Below, piece after piece: positions 12,994 to 26,263 of a stretch of DNA of 64,000 bases. Source of the DNA: Octopus sinensis (taxonomy: Eukaryota). How positions within the stretch are numbered: the stretch's first letter is position 1; every line of letters starts with the position of its first letter. Location of the stretch: positions 65,410,001 through 65,474,000 of the forward strand of contig NC_043003.1 in the NCBI RefSeq assembly GCF_006345805.1, written 5' to 3'. The notes under the pieces were generated by a model. The model was given only the letters and a program-made list of their open reading frames with translations. It searched no databases and was not told the DNA's origin. Made by a program: the position numbers and the translations under genes.

Positions 12994-13140
12994 TACATAT
13001 ATATAGAGAGAGAGATAGTGAGAGAGAGAGAGAAACATCTATATACTCAAGCACATTCCATAGAAACTGGTGCTAGTGGGCCCCGTCAAGATTTGTATTA
13101 TTTACTAAAATAAAAAAAAAGAGTACGTAGGAAGTGGGAA

Positions 13141-14500
13141 ATCGAACGTTTCGGACAATGACCTTCTTCAAGGAAAATTTGAAAAGATTAATTAAAATAG
13201 AAATGGAAGGGTTTCACATATCATCTATTCGCTTTATCTCACTCTGACTTCCACCCGCTTCTTCTCCTCCTTTCCATTTCCTTCTACCTATGTTATCCAG
13301 TTTTCCTCTTCAACTAATTTGTGCCCACACAAGGAGCTTGCGTTTCTTTTCAGTTCAGGCCAGTTTCTTCTAACTTAGGAAATGTAATTTCACTCCTGTC
13401 AAATTTTGCTTCAAGAAGCACATTGTCAGCAAGTTCGCATTTTCCACACCCTATGGAAATTTCACCGGACACTTTTAACCCTTTTGTCAAATATGAAAGG
13501 ATGAAGTATAAATTTATATTTATATTTATATGCTCTGTGCTTTAAATAACTTCGTTGGCATTTTGTTAGTCTTCTAGTTTTAACAAAATATAATTTAACT
13601 TTTCAGATTCATTTATTTATAAAGGAGACAATATCATTTCCTGGGCTAAAGAAGGTTTGTTAATAATAATGTTATAACTTTTCGGATTATTTCCCTGATC
13701 TTTAGAGATGAAAGTATTTACGTGACAGAATAAATACATTTACTGTTTATTCGTTTTGGGGCGTTATATTCTGACTGTAGAGAGAACTAGATGTGATTCG
13801 AAATATAAGTACATATCATATTGTGTTTAACTTAACTTCTGTTTTAATTTTATAGTATCTATGGTAAGTTATTTATTATTGGGTGAGTGGAACTGTGTGA
13901 ATAATGATTAAGTGTGGTGCATGTAGACGGCTGATGTAGTTGTGCAGGAAAGAGGAATAGCGGATATTAAGATGAAAGTATGTGTTAGTAGGGTGTGGGT
14001 TGGTCGAAAGCTCCGGTGAGTAGATTTATTTTGGTCTGATGTGGGAAATTTGTTATTTTTTATGGTTCAGTCAGGTGCGGAATCAAACCGGTGAGCAGAT
14101 ATGTCAAATTCAGGTCAACATATTCTTTATATATAAAGTTAGTTTATTTTGTTACTGTCGATTTGAGCTCAGAAATCAATTCTTGTTGATAAACCTGCTC
14201 TCCAGTTCGATAGCAGAAACTTTTCGAGATGCTTGCATTTTATGAAACTTTTCGATCTCCTGTTCAGAGGTCGGTCGAATCCTTGGATTAAAAAAAAAAA
14301 AAGGAAATTAGATTTTTCAGCTACACAAGCCTGCTCTTCCTTAAGCACTTAATGTATGGTGTAGATAGTGTGATTTGTAGGGTACATTTGGCCTACCGCT
14401 CCAAGATGTGGCTAGCAAACTTAGTGGTTTTCTTCTTCTCTGCTTCTTCGAAAGACGACTGGTGATTGGCATATGATATTTTAGAGTCATATCCACCTAG
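13141..14500 (-). mobile_element. Probable decayed Penelope-like element ending in an HHR-like motif
   Basis: Minus strand carries YKEYVD (RT motif C-like), HPTNTYFH (KPT-like) and LLEAKF...ETGLN (GIY-YIG C-terminus-like), in the expected order. It then ends TTGAAGA-A-GG...CC-GAAA-CG-TT at 13171-13145. Confidence 0.4.
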
Positions 14501-14699
14501 ATCAATATAAATTTTATTTCAGTTTAGTTATTTGGTAGCACTATGCATGCCTCGTCGATTGGTAAGTATCTGGGTCAATGAATTTAATTATGTAAGGCTG
14601 CAGGTGTAAGTGATATTCACAGAAAAATCTATTAAATGTCTTAATTTAGGAAATGAAATGCATGTTACACACATTTTTATCGTTATTGTATTTCCTGCG

Positions 14700-14872
14700 C
14701 ATATTCGTTTTCCACAGTTTTGTTTGACGAGTATTTCAAGACTGATTTTATGGTATTTGTTCCGACTCTTCGTTCTGAGTTCAAATTCTGTGGACATTAA
14801 CTTTGATTTGTACCTTCCAGGGTTGATAGAATAAAGTACTAGTGAAGAAGCGAGTTGATGTAATCTACTACT
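14700..14872 (+). mobile_element. SINE family 4, degenerate
   Basis: cgttctgagttcaaattc...ttgatagaataaagtac...gttgatgtaatc. Confidence 0.6.
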
Positions 14873-15014
14873 CCTCATATTGCACATATTCTTACCTAGT
14901 TCTTAAATCTGAATTATTTGAAGTAGAAATCCATCTGTATGCTTTTCGTTCAGGCATTCACATTATCCTAATTTTACTGATAACCCTAAACTTGAAATCA
15001 ATATTTCACTCCAG

Positions 15015-15217
15015 TAAGGTGGCAACATGACAGAATTATCTGCTCGTCGGGCAAAATAATTAGCGATGTTTTACATTCCCTTTTTACATTCTGAATTCGA
15101 ATTCCGCGTTTCATCCGTTCGAGGTCGATAAAATAAACATCAGTCAAACATTGCGGTCGATGTAATTGACTTAACCACTGCCTCGATCTTGTTGACCTTG
15201 TGCCAAAATTTTAAACT
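15015..15217 (+). mobile_element. SINE family 4, degenerate
   Basis: ggtggcaacatgacagaatt...ttctgaattcgaattccg...gtcgataaaataa...gtcgatgtaattgac...ccttgtgccaaaatttt. Confidence 0.7.
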
Positions 15218-15738
15218 AATAGATTTGTAGACTGCATTTTATAATATTTACTTTATTTTTCTATTCTTTCATTTCCTATTTCAGTTATTATTGGGCTCAC
15301 CAGAGGAATATTCTCTATTAGAAACATATTAAACTGTATGCTCTTTAATATTAATCATACATGCATACAGACAGACATACATACTTGTGTGTGTGTGTGT
15401 GAGTGTGTATGTGTGTGTGAGCGTGTTTATGTGTTAAACCTATTTTATTATATATAATTTATACTTATGTGATTATTAATACTTATTTCTACGTTTAGGC
15501 AGCCTTTCAGTTCACAGAAGGTATATTTAAAAAAAAAACAAAACAATTTCCATATATTTCTGAAGTTTATTTTACATTTCGTTTTAGTAAATTGCATAAT
15601 TTTTAATATTTACCCAGACATGCTCAATCGTATTTCTTTCCGTTATTTATGCAATTTCTGCATTTTATTGTTGCGTCAACTCAATAACTGTATATATATA
15701 TATATATATATTTGTATTTGGAATTCTATATTGATCGT

Positions 15739-15800
<62 letters not shown>

Positions 15801-16091
15801 AAGCATTTACTTTTTCTATCCTAATCGCTACATCGCTTTCAAAATATTCCAAAATAACCTTTTCACAAAAAAGTTGCGATTAAAGCAGAATTTTTTCTCA
15901 TTGGTATTGAGACAATTTTTTTAAACATTATTCTTCAAACATTTAACAGCCATACCAGTAAATTTTGTATTTATAGGTTTTAAATATATTTTAAGAGTTG
16001 ATGCTAAAATTGCTTAATTCACTGCCCCCTAAACTAATTTTAATTTTAACCGGCTTACACAGCTTTTTTAAGTGTTAAACGTTAATTATTT

Positions 16092-16606
16092 TGACAAGGA
16101 ATATTCGTAGCCACTTTAACATGGCTGTCCGTTAGAGCGGTCTCTACTACAATTTTTTGACCCCAAGAGGACATCTCCTCTAGCTGGTTAACAATGCACA
16201 GCTGCATCCGATAAAATAGCGAAGAGGGGAGTGAATCCCTACCATTTCCTAACGACAGAACCAGTAGACCAACCCTGGTTTTGGGCTGTTTCTGCCATTC
16301 CTCAGTACTGGACACCTCCTCAGCCAGAAATGATAGTAGCTCGCTTATGTACACAATATATATATTTCAAGCAAACGCACAGTCGCTGATTTTGCAACAA
16401 GCAAAAATCTAGTTCTAAAACCTCTCTAAGAGACCAACACAGCAGTTATACTGACAAATAATATTCTTAGCCACTCTAATATAGCTGTGCATCGTTAACC
16501 AGCTGAAGTTGATGCCCACTTGGGATAAAAAAAATCGCAGTAGAGACCGCTTGAACGGACAGCCATCGTTCAAGCCGATTCAACTCAGCGACTGTGTGTT
16601 CGTTTG

Positions 16607-16616
<10 letters not shown>
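16092..16616. repeat. Rearranged duplication with direct and inverted segments
   Basis: 16092-16128 is direct with 16452-16488; 16121-16203 is inverted with 16483-16566; 16358-16389 is inverted with 16585-16616. Confidence 0.75.
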
Positions 16617-16649
<33 letters not shown>

Positions 16650-16759
16650 TATGCAAAAGAGGAATGACCACTAAAATGGACACCTAATATGCTAAACATA
16701 GACGTCAAATCGCCATTACCACGAAGAAGAATGTGTTCTCAGGAAAAATCTCACCGTCA

Positions 16760-16865
16760 TCATTGTCGGGCCGATAAAACAAATATCAATTAACCACAAG
16801 GGTCGACGTGATCGACTGTCCCTCTTCCCTGAAAATTTTAGGCCTTGTACCTTTTGTAGAAGGCG
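16760..16865 (+). mobile_element. SINE family 4, 3' fragment with alternative tail
   Basis: gccgataaaacaaat...ggtcgacgtgatcgact...ggccttgtacc. Confidence 0.5.
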
Positions 16866-16989
16866 TTCAACTGGAAAATATCGTCAGACGCTCACAAACC
16901 GCCCAGGTGTTGATAGCTTCGATCTTATTCCGTACATTTAATTTCGACTGAGAATGATCCTTAAGTCGAAATTAAATGGACGGAATAAG

Positions 16990-17190
<201 letters not shown>

Positions 17191-18192
17191 GCGACATATA
17201 TGCGAGTGTGAGTGGGTCTGTGTGTATGTATGTGTGTGCGCCTGTGTGAGTGTGCGCACGCGAATCTGTGTATGATAATTTTTTTTTGCTAGCATGACAG
17301 GTTTGAGTAATATTCTAATTTATATTCATGTCTCGATATATCCTTATAAATTCTCGTGCACATACTGACACACATGGCATGCATTTGCGCCTATATTCAA
17401 ACATACAAACAGACATAAATTCAGAATTTGTAACACATAAAGTATTTCAGAAGCAACCATATGCTATACACAAAACACCAGACTTCCGATTTTTTTTCAC
17501 TTATATTTGTTTCCAATTTTAGCGAGGAGCCGGGAGGTGGGTCTAAGCCACGTATCATTGATATGCAATTATGTAAAACGTAAAATATAAATCTGTTAGT
17601 CAGATTTGCTTTCACTGGAAACTGTCTTTACTTCAATTTATTTGTCAGTGCACGTAGAGAAGCTGTATTTTACACCAAGAAATCAGTAAGGTTACGCGTC
17701 AACTAAAGCTTTTATGAAAGCTATATGCACACCAATATGACAAATGTGTGATAGTTATGTAAAATAGCAAATAGTAATATCTCTCTCACACACAAACTAT
17801 GCCATAAAAAAACAGCAAGCAGTTCGATAAAATGATACAGAAAACAACTAGTTGTAAAAATAAATGGAAGCCATCGTTTAAGTAAATTTAAGGGCTATTA
17901 ATGACAAATAGTTAAAATTCTTAAGATGATGTTCGATGTGTTTATTTTGTGTTGTTTGTAATGTGTTGCTTTTCTAGAGAATCGTAATGTAAGCTGATGA
18001 CAAGGAAGAGTGAGATGATTCTGTAACATGAGATATAAATTAGATAAAATAATGACATATGAATTAACACAAACATCCTTCAATCTCTCTCTTTCTCTTT
18101 CTCTCTTTCCCACCTCTCTCTCTCTTTCTGTTTGTCTCTTTCCGCCTCTCACGCATATTTACACATAGATTTCTAATGCAAATCTGAGTCAA

Positions 18193-18273
<81 letters not shown>

Positions 18274-18282
18274 TGTTCTTTT

Positions 18283-18548
18283 TCGAGCCACGCCTTGCTC
18301 ATAGTGCCAGCTTTCCCGGTTTTCTTGGTGTATACCTTCCCCACCTGGACGGGACGCCGGTCCGTCGAAGGTGAGCTGCTAGATGCAGGAGGAAAGAGTG
18401 AGAGAAAGTTGTGGCGAAAGTGTCAGCAGAGGTTCGCCGGAGCTTAGGTGTTTCGGTCATAAACATACACATCGCCCGGTCTGAGATTCGAACTCGCGAT
18501 CCCTCAACCGTGAGTTCGCTGCTCAAACCACTAGGCCATGTGCCTCCA
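18283..18548 (-). mobile_element. SINE family 2b (family 2 head with a different tail)
   Basis: Head (gaggcacatggcctagtgg...gagttcgaatc on -) resembles family 2. Tail ccacctggacgggacgccggtccgtcg is shared with 22166-22456. Confidence 0.85.
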
Positions 18549-18668
18549 TATATATATATGTATGTGTGTATGTGTGCGTGTGCATGTATATATGTGTGTG
18601 GGCGGGTGTATGTATATATATATATGTATGTTTGCATGTATGTATCTCTCTCTCTCTCTCTCTCTCTT

Positions 18669-18710
<42 letters not shown>

Positions 18711-19730
18711 AGAGAGAGAGAGAGAGAGAGTGGGGGAGAAAAAGAAAGAGAGTGGATTACGACTGAAAGCAAAAGAACATTCAACACGTTTTCTACAGCT
18801 TATAGTTTATATGTGTGTCTGCATACATATACATGCACACACACATAACTCACCCCCACACACACACATATGTATATGCACACACATATACATATTTATA
18901 TAGGTAAATATGAATATATGTATATTATGTATGTCTGTATATGTATACATACATCCTTATGTATATTTGTATATATATATGTATACATACAACCTTATGT
19001 ATATTTGTATATATATGTGTTGCGTATGTATGCATGTCAGTGTGTTTGTGTGTGCATCCCAGATGTCCTAGTTACGGAAGACAATGTGCTGAAATAATTT
19101 CATACCATCGACGAAGAAATCAAACCTAGTGACATTATAGTTCACGTCTTCTATGTATTTCAAAATATACGATCAACGTTTTATTCAGACAATAGCTCTA
19201 AAAATGCTGACACACAAATGCAGAAAACATGCATTGATGCGTCAGCATGGCACCATACTGAGAGAAGAAAGAACAATCTCTTTATAGATGTAGGTTATGC
19301 ATTGCACCGTAGGTGATCAGTATTCAACACGTTGTTACAATAAGAAAATTTCAGCTACAAGACACAGCATTTGCTCTATAATTACCACATTAATAAGCAT
19401 TAGGAAAGACAATTGAAAATCAAAATATATAATTTAGTCACTTCCTTAAACGTAGATTCATTGTAATTAGGATAAAGAAATTCATACTCACAGCATAACT
19501 GATTTCTATTTCTGGGCACTCAGTAATCGAAAACAATTGTCATGATATATGATTTTAACTAAAATTCTCCAACAAACATGCAATTTCAGTTAGTATTCAG
19601 TCGATCATTTCGTGTATATACGTAATCCGTGTTCTTTTTATTTTGTATGACAATGTTTCTTAAATCTTAGTTTTGTCTTCAATGTTTAAAGCTAGGCCAT
19701 AGTGGAACACTGCATTTAATTTTCATCTGA

Positions 19731-20542
19731 TAACTAGCAGTATTGCCCTGCTCGTGCGCTCGTGCGTTCTATGCACGCGCGAATTAAGATAAACTTGGAT
19801 GAAGTTCAATCAAAATTCAATTATTTTGGTTTTAAAATCAAGCATTTAATGCCCTCAATAGGAAGTACGTAGAAGCGTTTCATAAATGTTTGTTGATCAA
19901 ATAATTGCATTGTTGAATTATTCTTTTAGATCAGTATTTCTCAACAGGGATTTCAGGGGAGAGTTTCAGGGAGTCGCGGGCGATGTATCGTGATGATCAA
20001 AAATCCGGCCTGCTAAAATTTGGTTAAAGTGATTCAAACTGCAGACTCAACGCAAAATGGTCACATTTAATTCAAAGCGGTAAAAATGTTATGAAAACAA
20101 TTGGTGTGTGTTCACAAAGTCCAAACGATTAATACGAAAAAACCCTCCAGGCTACATCCCGAAAATTCATTTCTTTGCCGAATTTCTACAATGTTTACGG
20201 CGATCCGTTTTGATATCTTGATTTTTTATTTTTCATGCAATTTACGCATGCTTGCACGCGTGGTAAACACAGTTCACGTCAAACAGCTGACTGAGTAAAA
20301 TTCACTATTCAATGCATGGGATAAGGCCTAAACAAACACATTATCGATTTTTGCACTTGCGAGATGAATTTTGGAACAGAAATAGCGCAGTTCAATTTTC
20401 ATTCGCCTAAAGTTTAAGTGACCCATTTTTGGTGGCTCTACGATTTGTTGGCTAGGAGGAGATGTACCGGGAAGTTAAACAGACAGACAAACACACAGAT
20501 ACACACACAGACACACAAACTGAGTTTTATATATATGTAGAT
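19731..20542 (+). mobile_element. Helentron/HINE (DINE-1/Lep1-type)-like non-autonomous element
   Basis: Starts taactagcagtattgccc, ends with acagacagacaaacacacag...ttttatatatatgtagat; same termini as 49737-50134. Confidence 0.6.
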
Positions 20543-21212
20543 ATTTGCTTAATATTTCGTCAATTTCGCAGGAACCTAAATACAGAGTGAATATTACAGC
20601 TAGGCTTGCAATAAATACTGATATCTCAGCTCAAATGGCTGGAGGAGCCCCTAAATTTTCACGATTAGAGAAAAGAATCGAATATTTTACATGTATGTAT
20701 GAATGTATTTATGCGTATGTGTGTGTGAGTGTGTGTATGTATGTGTGTGAGTTTGTGTATGTGTTTATGTATGTATGTGTATGTGTGTGTATGTGCGTGT
20801 GTGTGTGTGTGTGTGTGTGAGTGTGTGTGTGTTTCACCAATGAATATTGATAAAAGATGAAAACTTTGGTGAGTACAACTTAACAGGTGCCTTTCAACAA
20901 AAATCTCCTGTGGTATATTTTCTGTCAGAACTGCACAAACCCTCACCATGGGAAATCCCACAAAACAATGGTTAGCTGTTATTTTTTACGCTATTTTTTG
21001 AAATGTAGGACATAAAATCAATAAATAGCACAATTCATCATTGAAACGCATTAACAACAATAACAGAAATGGCTGCTAAATTTCCCTCAAAATACACCCC
21101 CCACCGTCTTAAAATAGGACATATTAAATAATATGGACCACTGTACCGACTCAACTAAGTTATTAAGCAATTGCTTCAAATAACCGTTAATGCAGGCATA
21201 AAGGCCATATCG

Positions 21213-21420
21213 GTTTCAAATTTTGGCACAAGGACAGACATTTCAGGGGAGGGATTAAGTTGATTACATTGACCCCAGTGTTCAACTGGTACTTATTTTA
21301 ACGACCCTGACAATGTAAAAGGTAAAGTCAATCTCGTCGAAATTTGAACTCAGAACGTAAAGATGGACGAAATGCCGCTAAGAATTTTGGTCGGAGTGCT
21401 AACGATTCTGCTAGCCCGCT
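21213..21420 (-). mobile_element. SINE family 4
   Basis: tttcaaattttggcacaagg...gattacattgaccccagtg...tttgaactcagaacgtaa...gctaacgattctgc. Confidence 0.85.
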
Positions 21421-22165
21421 ACTTTAGGTACTTTATGAACAGAAATCGAAAGTGAATTAACATGCGAACCTACATCTACTTCTTCACATCTTGGTGAGAA
21501 AACGATTATACTATAGCAACTGATAAAATTCCATTTATAAAATATACTCTCCGTCGCTGTATTTCTGAAAATATGATTTAATCCAAGAAGAGATGGTTTT
21601 AACTTGCAATATATATATATATAATAATAATAAAGGATTTGCTAACGACGCAACCCCAACTTTGCTACACAATCGCTGATTTGAAGAATTAAATTTGTCA
21701 ACGTTAATTGTTAGCTCTTACCAACATTCTTGTTCAAATTCTGTTACTTCCTCATTTTCTCAAACGACAAAAAAGCTGGGGAAATATGTCAGTGGGGCTG
21801 TCTGTGATGGACAAATGTTATCTTAAAAGAAATAAAAACACAGTTCGGAACCTGATGACTTTCAACGCTTAATATTTCTGTTTCATACAACATTTTACTA
21901 ACACCAGAAAAGAATGAAACAGCAATGTGGAATAATATTGATGGTCACTCCTCTCTATTTCGACGTATGACTGTTTGAAGGAAAAGTTTAAAGAATCTAA
22001 TTTGTGTCCAGGTATGGTTTTTGCAACAATGGGGACAATAATGATTTTAACTTTACCTCGGACTGGACAAATGTGACTTTTGAAAGCAGGGTGGAATTCT
22101 TTAACGGCTCTGTTTTTTCAACGCAGATTGTTTAAATGCGTCAGGAAACATTTTGTTTGTTCCTT

Positions 22166-22456
22166 CTCGAGCCATCCCTGGATCATTAGGGCCGGTTTCC
22201 TGGTTTCCTTGGCGTACAAGTTCCCCACCTGGACGGGACGCCGGTCCGTCGTAGGTGAGCTGCAAGATGCAGGAGGAAAGCGTGAGAGAGAGTTGTGGCG
22301 AAAGAGTCAGCAAAAGTTCGCCATTACTTTCTGCCCGAGCAGCGAGGAGCTTAGGTGTTTCGCTCATAAACACACACATCGCTCGATCTGAAATTCGAAC
22401 CTGCGATCCCTCGACCGGGAGTCCCCTGCTCTAACCACTAGGACATGTGCCTCCAC
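22166..22456 (-). mobile_element. SINE family 2b
   Basis: Homologous to 18283-18548. Confidence 0.85.
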
Positions 22457-23713
22457 ATGACACATTTTACACCTCTAATATTCTATTTATAATTTGTGCT
22501 TGAAAAAATCACCAAATATTTAATATTTGGCAGTGAATGTATGATCTCACAATATGCTGCTTTTGAATAATAATTTGCATAGTCCTTAGATACTCCAATC
22601 AATCTAAACATCTATGATGAACGACATTCTAATCATGACTATCACGTCATTTTTCAGCAGAGACAACAAATTGCGTGATACGAGGAAAATATATCTGATA
22701 TCTTTAGCTGATGAAACGAACTCATAAACGTTTCATCGTCGCTGTTAGTAAACTGAATAAATAATATTGATCAACATAGAGAATTTATCAACCGGTCATT
22801 TCGTTTACTTTGAAATAGAAACAAGCGTAATGTTTCAAACCATGTATTAAAAGGAAATTAATTCTACCAGGTATTTCAACTCAAAACGTAGAAACAATAT
22901 TGCATCATGTAAGCAATTAGACCAATATTCTTTTATACATAGGCTACAGGTGTTATTTCCGAATAATATCTGCTCTGTATATCTTATATATTTACGATTG
23001 AATGCTGTATAGTTTGTGGAATTATAAGTGTATTCAACTGAATACACCGATTGATGTCTGAAAGACAAAGGCTCAGATGAATTTTAAAACCACAAAGCAA
23101 TCGGATTTCTGTTTCTTTTATCATTCGTTACTAATATTATCAATAATATGGAAAGTGAATATTCCATTATACGTTCGGTTATAGAAATAATCTTTTACGG
23201 AACATAAACATATGTAGACTTCCTTCTTTTTATGTAGAGTTAGCAAAGGACAGATGAATATCCATTGCATATAGCACGAATTTAAGGAATCAATATGTGA
23301 GACTGTACCAGGTAATATGACTGGCTAGAAATAACGACCAAATAACTATAAAATCTTGCTGTTGACAACGAAAAAGATGCACTTTAGGTAGTATTCCTCT
23401 TTTCCCTACATAACGGCAGTGAATTCACTATGTAAAACTTACTACGTCTCTGATCATTCGTTAATTCGATGATGGCTGGAATCAATGTTACAAAAATACT
23501 GCCACTGATACCAAATACTATAGCAGCTATAAATCAATGAAGGGGTCTCCAAGCGATTATTTGATCTGTTGATGGTTGTGCTTAAATTCTAATCTGCCAC
23601 CTTTTAGACACGGAAGGACATACTGGATGATGCAGTCTCAAATAAAGTGGCAGACTCAATAATGAATTGCAGGTGAAATATAGCTGTTAACTTTATCGAC
23701 TTTCTTCATTATC

Positions 23714-23917
23714 AGTTTCAAATTTTGGCACAAGGCCAGCAATTTCAGGTATTAGTCGATTATATCTACCCCAGCACTTGGGTGGTACTCATTGTATCGA
23801 CCTTGAAAAAATGAAAAACAAAGTCGACTACTATATAATTTGAACTCAGATCCTAAAGACAGACAAAATGCCGCTAAGCATTTTACCCGGCGTACTAACG
23901 ATTTTACCATCTTGCCA
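23714..23917 (-). mobile_element. SINE family 4
   Basis: Homology to 21213-21420. Confidence 0.8.
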
Positions 23918-24994
23918 TCTTACACTTTCTTAATTATCATTTATTTTTCTAATTAACGATTGTTCTGAGATAAACATTTTGCGCTATGACTTAAGAAATA
24001 TAAGAGGCTGTGGTGCACATCTATTTAATTATTTATTCATTTATTTTTGAAACGGTATTAACACTTATAATAATTCTTTAAATCAAATCTACAGAACACA
24101 GTGAAAACATCACAAACATCAACACTGCATGTTTGTAAGCCAGTGCTTAACTTAATATATAACTTTAATAGATTATCTGTATAAGAACAAAAGTTATAGC
24201 GGGGAGGTTTCGGAAATAAATACAAACTAGCATAGGTGATAAGTTGGCAGATATACGTGGCAGTCTTTTGTAGACTACTTTACATTCAGATATATTACAC
24301 TAATATCAATTTCCACCATGAAAGAAGCGCTTATCATCTGAAAACCAGAAGAATGTTACATGTTTCCTGATATTGCAGCGAGCCTTTTTAGTGATATAAG
24401 CATTGTATTCTTTGATAAAATGCATTAAAATCTACATCTAATAAACGCTCCTTGAACGCTGTTGCAGTAATCGGAACAGAGATGGCAGGGTGTTAAGTAA
24501 ATCCAATACGGAGATTGGGGTTCGTCTCCACAGCTCATCTCTTTCAGCAAAAGATTTCTGGAATAGCTTCAGATCAAATAAATACTTATGAGTGAAATAT
24601 GGCAAACGTTAAATGTGTGGAAGCTAGTTGCGGGACAGTTGCTCTTTTCAGTGGTAAACACAATTCGTCATCTGGTTCTATGGAACCACTTGACACTTGG
24701 GTACATTTAGAAGGATCAACTCTGTTACAAGCGCTCAAGCCTAGTCTCTGGCCTGATGACCGAACATGACTTTCTCTTTTCCACCTACAAGTCTTGTAAG
24801 CCCCGAAAGGAGTTATAGTGTCTGACTTTCTTCCTTTAGCTATACCTTTAACAACGAAAATTTGAAATCTCTATCAAAGTGATGAATAATTTCCATCACA
24901 CCATTGATTTTATCAGCTCTACTGACACATCAGTTTTATCAATAAAGCAAACCAAAATTTATTTATTTCCATCAGTATATCATTGAAAGCCTCC

Positions 24995-25165
24995 AACTAA
25001 CCCGCTATCCACTACACATTCTTTATTTCCTCTCTCTGTTTCTTTCTGTGTCCATCTGCGGAAGAGCGTAGGCTCGAAACGTTAAAGACTTTTTCACTTT
25101 CCGAGCATTAAACTAATACATCTGTTTGTTGTCTTCGTTTTTTGTTTGTTTCTTTTCTTTGTGAA
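24995..25165 (+). repeat. HHR family C repeat (PLE pseudo-LTR-like) with variant hammerhead motif at 25052-25087
   Basis: CTGCGGA-A-GAG cgtagg CTC-GAAA-CG-TT-AAAG; flanks are shared with 42320-42520. Confidence 0.7.
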
Positions 25166-25379
25166 CTATAACAATAATTAATTCCAGAAAACTAAGAAGA
25201 CATTATCGAGCCAATAACTCTATGTAATATTGGAGTAGATGTAATCGGCTGATATTGAAGAACGCCAACGGTTCTTCTGACAAGAGAATATGGCAGAGAA
25301 TCTCGAGCGTATTTTACTTCTGCTTGAGTTTTAAGGGTGGCTGAGAGTATAAAGCGAAATAGCTCCAGTATTTTAAAAT

Positions 25380-25810
25380 TTTGGGACAAAGCCAGGAATT
25401 TCGGGGTAGGAGATAAATTGATTACAACTGTCGCAGTGCTGAAGTGGTACTTATTTTATCGACTCCGAAAGGATGAAAGGAAAAGTCGACCTCGGCGGAA
25501 ATCGAACTCTGAACGAAAACACGGATGGAATTCCACTAACCATTTTGTCCAGCGTGCTAGCGAGCCAGACAGCTCGCTGCCTAAATAAAAATAAATATTG
25601 ATTCCAAACTTTGGTATAAGGCCGGCAACTTTGGTGTGGGGATGTAAATCGATTACGTCAACTCCAAAACTCAACTCGTACTTATTTTATCGACCCCGAA
25701 AGGATGAAATGATGAAAGTCGGCATCGGCGTGATATGAACTCAGAACGTAAAGCCGAAGGAAACGTTTCTCCAGTCTGCTAACGATTCTCCAGCCTGCTA
25801 ACGATTCTCC
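25380..25810 (-). mobile_element. Two tandem SINE family 4 copies (about 25380-25580 and 25607-25810)
   Basis: Repeated tacttattttatcgac(t/c)ccgaaaggatgaaa...gaactc(t/a)gaacg blocks. Confidence 0.8.
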
Positions 25811-25883
25811 CAACCTTCTAATATTACAACATTTGTGACATATAATGACGGAATAATGTCACACTGACCCTATATTGAACAGA

Positions 25884-26263
25884 GTGGAGGTGCAATGGCC
25901 CAGTAGTTAAGGCAGCGGACTCGCGGTTGTAGGATCGCGGTTTCGATTCCCAGATCGGGTGTCGTGAGTGTTTATTGAGCGAAAACACTTAAAGCTCCAC
26001 GAGGATCCGACAAGGGGCAGTAGCGAACCTTGCTGTATTCTTTCACCATAACTTCCTCTCACTCTCTCTTCCTGTTTTCGTTGTACCTATATTTCAAAGG
26101 GCCAGCCTTGTTACACTCTGTGTCCCGCTGATTCTCCCCGAGAACTACGTTAAGTGTACACGTTTCTGTAGAGTGCTCAGTCACTTGCACGTTAATTTCT
26201 CGAGCAGGCTGTTCCGGTGATCGGATCAACTGCAACCCTCATCATCGTAACCGACGGAGTGCC
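25884..26263 (+). mobile_element. SINE family 2, full length
   Basis: Near-identical to 7168-7547. Confidence 0.9.

Noticed and set aside
19931-20000. hAT-type terminal motif cagtatttctcaac as a separate element
   Set aside because: No matching right-hand TIR or 8-bp TSD was found.
24600-24770. 56-codon ORF MANVKCVEASCGTV...WPDDRT
   Set aside because: Short, no recognisable domain and no splice context; expected by chance.
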